From assembly GCA_046583355.1 (NCBI GenBank), contig JAYGCM010000087.1, forward strand, positions 46,988 to 110,987: DNA of 64,000 nucleotides, read 5' to 3'. Source of the DNA: Deltaproteobacteria bacterium (GTDB taxonomy: Bacteria; Desulfobacterota; Binatia; UBA12015). The translations under genes and the position numbers were made by a program. The notes under the pieces were generated by a model that was given only the letters and a program-made list of their open reading frames with translations, made no database searches and was not told where the DNA came from. The first letter of the stretch is position 1, and each line of letters opens with the position of its first letter. This document shows, piece after piece, positions 1 through 7,366 of the stretch.

Positions 1-297
1 GATGGCGAAAAAGGAGAGCCAGCCAACGAGAAAGCCGGCGGTCGGGTGGAAGGCGTAGCGAAGGTAGACGTAATCACCGCCGGCGCGCGGGTAGAGCGTG
101 CCGAGTTCAGCATTCGCCAGTGCACCGGCCAGCGAGAGGGCGCCGCCGACGACCCAGGCGAGAAGAAAGAGGGAAGGGTCCGGGAGGCGGGCGGCGACGG
201 CGCCGGGAGTAAAGAAAATCCCGACGCCGATCACCGAGGATACGACGAGCATCGTCGTATCGGTTCCGCCCAATTCCCGTTTCAGGCGATCACGCGG
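1..297 (-). CDS. APC-family amino acid permease, N-terminal part (gene continues beyond window start; 5' end of window truncates the C-terminus)
   Basis: Minus-strand translation of 1-297 reads ...LKRELGGTDTTMLVVSSVIGVGIFFTPGAVAARLPDPSLFLLAWVVGGALSLAGALANAELGTLYPRAGGDYVYLRYAFHP..., which matches the conserved N-terminal LKR.LG..D..M..vG..IGaGIF segment of APC transporters. No ATG/GTG/TTG lies in frame upstream of the LKREL motif before the RBP stop, so the start is unresolved (a CTG at about 282, or the ATG at 252). Confidence 0.45.
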
Positions 298-323
298 ATG
301 GCCTGAATCTGGGTTGCTCGCGC

Positions 324-896
324 TTAGAGGCTGCGCTTGTTGCGACGTAGGTTCCGTCGGCTGCCCTTGGGTTTGCTTGGCGGAGTACTGCCGCCACCGA
401 AGCCGCCGCCACCGCCGCCGAAGCCGCCGCCGCCACCGCCGAAGCTGTCGCCGCCGCCGCCGAAGCCGCCGCCACCGCCGCCATAGCCACCGCCGCCGCC
501 AGCGTAACCGCCACCGCCGCCGCCGCCGCGGTAACCACCGCCGCCACCACCACGGTCACCGCCGCCAGCGTAACCGCCGCCACCACCACGGCCAGGGCCG
601 CCGCCGTAGCCACCACCGCCGCCACCGCCCGGAGGTCCGCCCGGACCGCCGGGTCCGCGCCGGCGCTCGTCGGCTTCGTTGACCCGCAGGTTACGGCCGC
701 CAAGCTCGTAGCCGTCGAATTTCTCGACGGCTTCTCCGGCAGAGGAGCTGTCAGCGTATTCGACGAAAGCGAACCCGCGCGGGCGTCCCGTCTCGCGGTC
801 TTTCGGAAGGAAGCAGTCTACAACCTGCCCTAATTCCGAGAAAATTTCTTCTAATTCCTCTTTCGTGGTATCGAAATTGAGGTTCCCCACAAACAA
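324..896 (-). CDS. RRM-type glycine-rich RNA-binding protein
   Basis: Translation is (M)FVGNLNFDTTKEELEEIFSELGQVVDCFLPKDRETGRPRGFAFVEYAD..., containing RNP2 (FVGNL) and RNP1 (RGFAFVEY) motifs followed by a long GGGYGGG/RGG tail. The start codon at 896 is TTG, and there is no in-frame ATG back to the stop at 951-953. Confidence 0.85.
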   Translation of the reverse strand: MFVGNLNFDTTKEELEEIFSELGQVVDCFLPKDRETGRPRGFAFVEYADSSSAGEAVEKFDGYELGGRNLRVNEADERRRGPGGPGGPPGGGGGGGYGGGPGRGGGGGYAGGGDRGGGGGGYRGGGGGGGYAGGGGGYGGGGGGFGGGGDSFGGGGGGFGGGGGGFGGGSTPPSKPKGSRRNLRRNKRSL

Positions 897-1246
897 TTTG
901 GCGCCGATGATCTTCTCCCTGGACGTGCCCTCGCAGCAATGTGGAGGCCGTCACTCTTCTCTTTATGTTGGTTTGCCCGGAATCGGGCTGCGGCGAATGC
1001 CTGTCGGTTCGAGCCCCCCTTTATCAGCAGGCGCAAAGCGACGTCTTGATTTTCCTGTAGCGGACCCGTGGGGCTGCTGCACACCCTGATTTTCCGGTAG
1101 TTTGACCGCCAGTCGCCGTGTTTCAACCGATAGATGGCTTGCGCGCGAACACTATAGCTTTCATACTGAACCAGGGCGACGTCGCCGGGGGGCGTTTCAA
1201 GTGCCGGCGGACGATGTCCGATTCAGGCAATCGGAGGGTGGGAAAC

Positions 1247-1936
1247 ATGAAAATGAGTTGGATTTCTGGAGTAAGAGCAACCGGATGGGCCGTAGGCTTG
1301 GCGGCGGCGGTAATGCTTTTTGCGGTTGCTGTTCCCGAGGCACGGGCCGGCGGCGAATGTCGCGATACGTGCTCGAATTCGCGTCATATCTGCAAGGCCG
1401 CCGCCAAGGGTGCCGTGCGGGGTTGTCGTGATCAATGTCGCGCGGCGGATTCCCGTCGCGAGTGCCGCGTCGCCTGCCGCGGTGAGTTCCGTGCGGCGCG
1501 TGACACCTGCAAGGATGCGATCGACGATTGCCGTCATACCTGTGAGCGTCCGTCACCGGAGCCGGGCGAAGGTGGCCAGGGGGGCGAAGGCGGTCAGCCG
1601 TCTGAGGAATGCGTTCCCGAATGCCGGGGCGAGTTGCGCACGTGTTCGGGTAGCGTCCTGCATGCTGGTCGCGAGTGTTCGGCGGCCTGCATCGATCTGC
1701 GCCGCGAGGGCATGGCGGCCTGCCGTCAATCGGGTGATCGCTTCCGTTGCTTCCTCGATATGGTCTTTGAGGTTGGCAACTGCATGCGTGGCTGTGCGCA
1801 CGATATGCACGGGGCCGGCCAGGCCTGTCTCGGTGGCTTCCGCGATTGCCGCGAAAGTTGCGATACCGGCGGTGGCGGTCCCTACGGTTCGGCCAGCCAA
1901 GCCTTCCTCACGCCGCTGGCGACGCTACTCGATTAG
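1247..1936 (+). CDS. secreted cysteine-rich protein with eight C-X3-C motifs (hypothetical)
   Basis: ATG at 1247 is preceded by GGAGGG (1234-1239). The N-terminus MKMSWISGVRATGWAVGLAAAVMLFAVAVPEARA is signal-peptide-like. The mature part carries ECRDTC, GCRDQC, ECRVAC, DCRHTC, ECVPEC, ECSAAC, NCMRGC and DCRESC. It is followed by a strong intrinsic terminator. Confidence 0.6.
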   Translation: MKMSWISGVRATGWAVGLAAAVMLFAVAVPEARAGGECRDTCSNSRHICKAAAKGAVRGCRDQCRAADSRRECRVACRGEFRAARDTCKDAIDDCRHTCERPSPEPGEGGQGGEGGQPSEECVPECRGELRTCSGSVLHAGRECSAACIDLRREGMAACRQSGDRFRCFLDMVFEVGNCMRGCAHDMHGAGQACLGGFRDCRESCDTGGGGPYGSASQAFLTPLATLLD

Positions 1937-1960
1937 CGATCCGACCAGGGCAATGAGCCA

Positions 1961-1996
1961 GGGCGGGCATCCATTCGGATGCCCGCCCTTTTTTTG
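1961..1996 (+). terminator. Rho-independent terminator for the cysteine-rich protein gene
   Basis: Perfect 12-bp stem GGGCGGGCATCC/GGATGCCCGCCC (1961-1972 and 1977-1988) with loop ATTC, followed by TTTTTTT (1989-1995). The ATG at 1979 that opens the ORF-track entry 1979..2803 lies inside this hairpin. Confidence 0.75.
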
Positions 1997-2023
1997 TCCG
2001 CCGACCTCGGTAAAAGAGAAGGC

Positions 2024-2803
2024 ATGATCGACTACATCACGGTTGACGAGGCGCGCGGGCGCGAAGATATTCGGCTGGTCCTGACCGCCGGCGTGCCGGG
2101 CCCCTGGGGCGAGGCCGCCAAGGCGATCCTGCAAATGAAAGGCATCGAGTTCACGCCGGTGCAGCAAAGCGGTGGCGACCGCAACGAAGCATTGGCCGAA
2201 TGGACCGGGCAGACCAGTGCGCCGGTGCTGGTATTGCCGGGCGAGGCGCCGCATCTGACCTTGCGTGCGATCCTGTTGGCCGCCGAACGCATCGTGCCCG
2301 AGCCGGCTTTGGTGCCGCCGGGCAGTGAAGACCGAGCGACTTTCCTCGGGCTCTGCGGCGAGATCCACGCCGAGATGGGTCTGGGTTGGTGCCGGCGCCT
2401 GCTGATGTTCGATCCGATCCTTGCCGCAGTTCCCGCCGGCGATCCGGCCATCGAAAAGCTGGAACGGATGGCGCAGAAATACGGCTATTACCCGGGTTGC
2501 TCGGAGTTGGCTCGCGAGCGCGTGATCGAAATCCTCCACGCGTTCTCCGCCCGGCTGCAGCGCCAGCAGGCGGCTGGTCATGAGTTTCTCTACGGCGATT
2601 CCCTGAGCGCTTTGGACTTGATTTTTGCCGTCTTCTCGAACCTGATTGTGCCAATCGATGCCAACGATTGCCCGATGCCGGATTTCCTGCGCGCCGCCTA
2701 TACCGTCGACGACGCCGAGATCCTGGCTGCGATCGCACCCGCCCTGATCGAGTACCGCGACCGCATTCTACGCGATCATATCCACCTGCCGATGCGCTTC
2801 TGA
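2024..2803 (+). CDS. glutathione S-transferase-like protein
   Basis: Translation MIDYITVDEARGREDIRLVLTAGVPGPWGEAAKAIL... has a thioredoxin-like GST N-domain followed by a helical C-domain. ATG at 2024 has a GAGAAGG Shine-Dalgarno; the upstream ATG at 1979 is inside the terminator stem and is rejected. Confidence 0.7.
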   Translation: MIDYITVDEARGREDIRLVLTAGVPGPWGEAAKAILQMKGIEFTPVQQSGGDRNEALAEWTGQTSAPVLVLPGEAPHLTLRAILLAAERIVPEPALVPPGSEDRATFLGLCGEIHAEMGLGWCRRLLMFDPILAAVPAGDPAIEKLERMAQKYGYYPGCSELARERVIEILHAFSARLQRQQAAGHEFLYGDSLSALDLIFAVFSNLIVPIDANDCPMPDFLRAAYTVDDAEILAAIAPALIEYRDRILRDHIHLPMRF

Positions 2804-2830
2804 GATGCGCCGCGCCTCTAGAGGCACGGT

Positions 2831-5449
2831 TCAGCCGTCCGGGGTCCGTGGCAGAAGTACGCGCAGGGAGGCGCCGCCGGATTCGCTTGCTCCGGCGGTA
2901 AGCGTTCCGCCGTGACTCTTGATCGCACCGTAGGCGATGCTGAGCCCCAAGCCGGTTCCTTGGCCGACATCCTTGGTCGTGACGAAGGGCTCAAAGAGCC
3001 GATCCGCCACGTCGGCGGCGATACCGGGCCCGTTATCGTTGATGCGGACCTCCAGCTGGTTGCCGGCGATGGCCGCCAAGGTGATCTCGATGCACGGGTT
3101 TTCGGCCAGGCGAATGGCGTCGAGCGCGTTGGCGATCAGGTTCATCCAGACCTGCCCGAGCGTGGCGGAGTCGGCCTCGATCGGCTGCAGCTCGGCAAAG
3201 TTTCTTTTGACCAGGACGCCTTCGGCGCGGATGCGCGGACCGAGCAGGCGCAGGGTGGCGTCGAGGCTGGCGCCGATATCGGTGGCCGCGCGGTCGCCGC
3301 GATCTTTGCGCACGAAGACCTTGAGCTCGCTTACGGTGCGTTCGATCCGCTCGGCACCCTCATTGCAGATGCGCAGCAATTCGGGTGTCTCGCGCAGAAT
3401 ATCGTCGAGGTTGCGGCCGGCCCGCGCGGCATCGAGCCGCTCCAGCAGGGTTGGATCCGAGACCGGAATATCCCGGTAGATCGCCAATATATCCCCCAAC
3501 ACGGAGAGGAATTCCGTGAGGATCTGCAGGCTGCCGCGCACGAAGCTCGCCGGGTTGTTGAGTTCGTGCGCCGCACCGGCGACGAACTCGCCCAAGGAGG
3601 CGAGCTTCTCGGATTGTACCAGCTGGGCCTGGGCGTTCTTGAGCTCATCATAGGCATCGGCCAACTCCGAGGTCCGTTGCTGGACCTTGAGATCGAGGTC
3701 ACGGTTGAGCGTCTCCAGGTCCTCATAGGAGCGCGCATTTTGCAGAGCGATGGCGGCCTGATGGCTGAGTGTTCGTAGCAGGTCGACTTCGGCCGAGGGT
3801 ATCTCGCGCCCCGATCGTTTGGCGCCCAGCGCGAGCAGGCCGATGCTCGCGCCGCGCACCATCAGGGGGAAAGCCACCCGCGCCTCGAGCGCCGCCAAGG
3901 CGTTGGCCGCCTCTGGTTCCTGCACTCGCAGCGCCGGCAGAATCCGTTCGGTATCGGCCGTCTCGCTGGCTTCGCCGAGCCAATGCGCGGCTGCCAATAA
4001 TCCGCTGCCGGCTGTGGCTTCGCGCAACTCGGCGTTGGGTGCTTCGCGGCGCCATCGTTGGCCGCCCTGGTCGCCAGCAAGCACGAGTGTGGCCGAGGTG
4101 AGTTCCAGCGAGTCGGTTGCCAGGGTGGCGACGCTCGCCGCGATTTCGCGGCGGTCGAGCAGGGTGGTCAGGCTCTCGCTTAGCGCGGAGATGGTATGGC
4201 TATGGTCGATAGTGCTGCGAAAGAAGGCACGGTCGATGGCGACCTGGACCGCGCGGCGCAGCGGGTCGAAAAGAAAGGCCAGTAGAATGACGAACGCGCC
4301 GCCGATGAGCGCTTGGTCATCGCGCGTGGCGTTCGGCAGGAGGCGACCGGGGACGAGAATCGCGAGCGCGTAGCCGGCCAGAAGGATTGCGCTGAGAACA
4401 CCATAAACGAAGCTCTGGCGGACCACCCGGTCGATTCCGAAGAGTTCGTGGCGGGTGATCGAATAGCCGAGGCTGCCATAGAAGATCAGGGTCGCGACCA
4501 AGGGAAGTTGCACTGGGAAATTGCCGCCCGACCAGGCGTTGTTCAAGAAAGCGAAGAGCATCGCCGTCGTCCCCAGGACCAGACCCGGCAGGAGCGCCGC
4601 GATGCGTGCGCGGACCATTCGGTTGCGGTTCTCGACCCAGGCAGCGGCCATCGCCACGACAAAAAGGACGATGCTGATGGCGCTATAGACGTAGGCGATG
4701 CGCAGCGGGAAGAGGTCGGGTGGCTCGGCAAAATAGCCGCGCAAGGCAGCGGTCATCAATACCAGACTCAGCAGATAGGGCAGGACGCGGAGGATCCGCG
4801 TGCGCGCGCCAAAATGGCGCTCGACAGGAAAGACAAGAGCCAGGTGGATGAAGGTCGCCGGGAAGAGGCATTCCAATGCGAGGCAGAGGCCGGCCAGCAG
4901 CAGTGGTTCGCCCTGGTGCAGGAAGACGGCGGTCAGCGCATAAAGACCACCGACGGCGGCTTGCAGGCGGAAGACTCGCGCCTGATGGCTGGTCGGCTGG
5001 AGTGCGGCGACGATCAGGCCGACCAGGATCGAGATGATGCCGAAGCCGGTCGTGATGCCCCAGGTCTGGAAATAATCAGTCAGAGTCCAGGTGCGCGAAC
5101 CGATGGTCTTCTCGAAACGCGTGCCGTTTTTGCGGAAGACGTAACGGAATTTGGTTCCGACCGGGGCAGCAATGACGCGCGCATAGACCTGCGCCCCCGA
5201 GGTGATGCTCTGGCCGTCCATCGCGACCACCTCGGCATGGAAGAGGGCGTCTTTGTCGCGTGGCCAATCGACCCCGCTCACGCTGGGAATCACCGCATTG
5301 GGCCCGACGAAGAACCCTGGAAAGGGCTGGCCGAGCCAGCCGAGTCCGGTGGCGAGCGATAGGACGAGGATCGGCACGGCGACCAGGGCAAGCAGGAGGG
5401 AGGCGAGGTGGCGCCGGAGAAGGTGAGTGCGGCTTTCCTTGCTGTTCAT
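2831..5449 (-). CDS. membrane sensor histidine kinase (multi-TM N-terminal sensor, HisKA, HATPase_c)
   Basis: 872 aa. The N-terminal half contains many hydrophobic helices. The C-terminal half has an H-box (LASLGEFVAGAAHELNNPASFVRGSL), an N-box (NLIANALDAI), and G-boxes (NDNGPGI and GTGLGLSIAY). It is divergent from the NtrC-type regulator gene. Confidence 0.85.
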   Translation of the reverse strand: MNSKESRTHLLRRHLASLLLALVAVPILVLSLATGLGWLGQPFPGFFVGPNAVIPSVSGVDWPRDKDALFHAEVVAMDGQSITSGAQVYARVIAAPVGTKFRYVFRKNGTRFEKTIGSRTWTLTDYFQTWGITTGFGIISILVGLIVAALQPTSHQARVFRLQAAVGGLYALTAVFLHQGEPLLLAGLCLALECLFPATFIHLALVFPVERHFGARTRILRVLPYLLSLVLMTAALRGYFAEPPDLFPLRIAYVYSAISIVLFVVAMAAAWVENRNRMVRARIAALLPGLVLGTTAMLFAFLNNAWSGGNFPVQLPLVATLIFYGSLGYSITRHELFGIDRVVRQSFVYGVLSAILLAGYALAILVPGRLLPNATRDDQALIGGAFVILLAFLFDPLRRAVQVAIDRAFFRSTIDHSHTISALSESLTTLLDRREIAASVATLATDSLELTSATLVLAGDQGGQRWRREAPNAELREATAGSGLLAAAHWLGEASETADTERILPALRVQEPEAANALAALEARVAFPLMVRGASIGLLALGAKRSGREIPSAEVDLLRTLSHQAAIALQNARSYEDLETLNRDLDLKVQQRTSELADAYDELKNAQAQLVQSEKLASLGEFVAGAAHELNNPASFVRGSLQILTEFLSVLGDILAIYRDIPVSDPTLLERLDAARAGRNLDDILRETPELLRICNEGAERIERTVSELKVFVRKDRGDRAATDIGASLDATLRLLGPRIRAEGVLVKRNFAELQPIEADSATLGQVWMNLIANALDAIRLAENPCIEITLAAIAGNQLEVRINDNGPGIAADVADRLFEPFVTTKDVGQGTGLGLSIAYGAIKSHGGTLTAGASESGGASLRVLLPRTPDG

Positions 5450-5461
5450 GGGAGATTCCGA

Positions 5462-5490
5462 TTGAGGGTGGTGAGCGTCGAGGATATAAT
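5462..5490 (+). promoter_or_regulatory. candidate sigma-70 promoter for the response-regulator gene (TTGAGG-N17-TATAAT)
   Basis: TTGAGG at 5462-5467, a 17-nt spacer, and TATAAT at 5485-5490, about 55 nt upstream of the ATG at 5545 in the HK/RR divergent intergenic region. Confidence 0.35.
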
Positions 5491-5544
5491 GCAGGCCTCG
5501 CGCGCTCGCGGAGATTGCCCTAGAAGAGTATTGGGCCGTATCGC

Positions 5545-6984
5545 ATGGAAACCACCGACGCCAAACCCACGGTCCTCATCGTTGATGATGAGAAGGCCAG
5601 CACCGACCTGCTGCGGATCGGCTTGTCGCACCTCTACCCGGTGCTGACGGCCAACGATGGCGCGACCGCACTTTCTGTTTTGGCTGCACACCCCGAGATC
5701 ACGGTGGCGATCATCGACCAGCGTATGCCCGGCATGACAGGCGCCGAGCTGATTGCCGCTACTGCCGAGCCCTATCCGGACCTGATCCGGGTGATTCTCA
5801 CCGGCTATACGGACCTCGAGAGTCTGATCTCCTCGATCAATGCGGGTAGCGTCTACCGTTATATCACCAAGCCCTGGAACGCCGATGAGCTCCGTGGCGT
5901 GGTCGCGGCCGGTATGGAATTGCACGCGATCCGTGCCGAGAACGCCGGCTTGACCAAGCAGCTGCGCGCGGTCAATGCCGACCTCCGCGATCAGAATGTC
6001 GAGCTGCGACGTGAGGCGCAGGGGCGCTGGCGCTTCGACGGCATCCTTGGCTCGAGCCCCGCTTTGGCGAAGACGCTCGCGCTGGTCGAGAAGGTCATCC
6101 GGACGGACGATAGCGTGCTGGTGCAGGGGCCGACCGGGTCGGGCAAAGAATTGGTGGCGCGAGCGATTCATTATAATGGTCGGCGCGCAGACGGCCCCTT
6201 TGTCTCGGAGAATTGTGGGGCGCTCTCGCCCGAGCTGCTCGCGAGCGAACTTTTCGGCCATCGCAAGGGGGCTTTTACCGGCGCGACTGCAGACCGCAAG
6301 GGACTCTTCCAGACGGCGCATGGCGGCACGCTCTTTCTCGATGAGATCGGCGAGTGCCCGCCGGATCTGCAGGTCAAGCTTCTGCGCGTCCTCGATCAGG
6401 GGGAGATCCGGCCGATCGGCGACGACACACCGATCAAGGTCGATGTACGCATCGTCGCGGCGACCCACCGCGACCTCGAGGAAGAAATCGCGGCCGGAAA
6501 TTTTCGCGCCGACCTCTACTACCGTCTGGCGGTCTTCATTGTGCCGGTCCCCTCGTTGGCCGAGCGTCGCGAGGATATCGCACTTCTGGCCGAGCATTTT
6601 CTGGCCGCTGCGGCGGCCGAGAACGGCCGCGATCTGCCCGGTTTCACTGCTGAGGCGCTTGCGCTCCTGGCCGCCTACTCGTTTCCCGGCAATATCCGCG
6701 AGTTGCAAAACGAGGTGCGGCGCGCGAGTGCCCTGGCCGAAGATGGTTGTTTCGTTACGCACGATCTTCTCTCGGAGCGGGTGCAAGGATCGCGCCCGGC
6801 CGTTGGCAGCGAACTCGCCGCGGCGTCCGATGGCACGCTCAAGGGCGCCATGGAGCAATTCGAGTCCGGCCTTTTGCGTGATGCGCTGGCGCGAAACGAA
6901 GGAAATCAGACGAAAACGGCGGCGGACCTTGGTGTGTCGCGCCGGACTCTGGTCGAACGTATCCAGCGCTACGGCCTGCGCTGA
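5545..6984 (+). CDS. sigma-54-dependent Fis-family response regulator (NtrC-type: REC, AAA+ sigma-54 activator, HTH)
   Basis: Receiver domain begins VLIVDDE. Central domain has Walker A (GPTGSGKE) and the GAFTGA sigma-54 contact motif (HRKGAFTGA). Other motifs include ESELFGH-like [17 protein letters not shown], and a C-terminal Fis-type HTH ([20 protein letters not shown]). Confidence 0.9.
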   Translation: METTDAKPTVLIVDDEKASTDLLRIGLSHLYPVLTANDGATALSVLAAHPEITVAIIDQRMPGMTGAELIAATAEPYPDLIRVILTGYTDLESLISSINAGSVYRYITKPWNADELRGVVAAGMELHAIRAENAGLTKQLRAVNADLRDQNVELRREAQGRWRFDGILGSSPALAKTLALVEKVIRTDDSVLVQGPTGSGKELVARAIHYNGRRADGPFVSENCGALSPELLASELFGHRKGAFTGATADRKGLFQTAHGGTLFLDEIGECPPDLQVKLLRVLDQGEIRPIGDDTPIKVDVRIVAATHRDLEEEIAAGNFRADLYYRLAVFIVPVPSLAERREDIALLAEHFLAAAAAENGRDLPGFTAEALALLAAYSFPGNIRELQNEVRRASALAEDGCFVTHDLLSERVQGSRPAVGSELAAASDGTLKGAMEQFESGLLRDALARNEGNQTKTAADLGVSRRTLVERIQRYGLR

Positions 6985-7096
6985 GCGCCGCCCCTATAGA
7001 GTCCGGAGTGCGCGAAGATCTGCGCAATTCCCGTTCGGATTGCGCAACTCCCCGCGCTCCCGCGCATGCCGGGCCTCGGATTCACGGCTCTTTTCG

Positions 7097-7113
7097 CTGG
7101 CACGGCGCATGCG
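7097..7113 (+). promoter_or_regulatory. candidate sigma-54 (-24/-12) promoter upstream of the large secreted-protein gene
   Basis: CTGGCACGGCGCATGCG: TGGCAC at 7098-7103, with GC of the -12 element at 7111-7112. Consensus is TGGCAC-N5-TTGC and this site has one mismatch (ATGC). It lies 250 nt upstream of the ATG at 7367 and directly downstream of the sigma-54 activator gene. Confidence 0.45.
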
Positions 7114-7366
7114 ATGCCTCTACGTGGGACAGAACCCCCGCAGCAAGGGAGAATCCGATGCCATCTACTCAGAACCCAACACCGATCCTGCCGTCGCCGC
7201 TCTGCGTCTTTCCGTTGAGTGACCAGCCCTCCGATTGCGCGAGCCGCCGCTTCCTGCCGCGCTGCCTGGTGCACAAAGTCATCTTGACCAAGAACGAAAG
7301 TGCTGCTGAGATGGCGCCACTCCCGCGGCCTTTGCGCACGCGGCGCCTATTGCGCGTTTCCTGATC

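Noticed and set aside
98-703. Arg-rich (+98..682) and Ala-rich (-290..703) ORFs over the GGC/GCC repeat tract
   Set aside because: Both are alternative-frame readings of the Gly-rich tail (GGYGGG repeats) of the RRM protein gene. The nucleotide repeats are coding low-complexity, not a CRISPR or microsatellite locus.
1979-2023. Upstream ATG (1979) extending the GST-like gene by 15 codons
   Set aside because: The ATG lies inside the perfect 12-bp terminator stem of the preceding gene (1961-1988). A downstream ATG at 2024 with a GAGAAGG Shine-Dalgarno gives the conventional GST N-terminus.
2814-2825. Perfect 12-bp palindrome GCCTCTAGAGGC between the convergent GST-like and histidine-kinase genes
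   Set aside because: It has no loop and is not followed by a T-tract on either strand. It could be a weak bidirectional hairpin or just an XbaI-containing palindrome, which is insufficient to call a terminator.
5446-6858. 470-aa minus-strand ORF fully antisense to the NtrC-type regulator gene
   Set aside because: No recognisable motifs and an Arg/Ala/Gly-rich composition typical of out-of-frame GC-rich sequence. The sense-strand gene has complete REC/AAA+/HTH domains.
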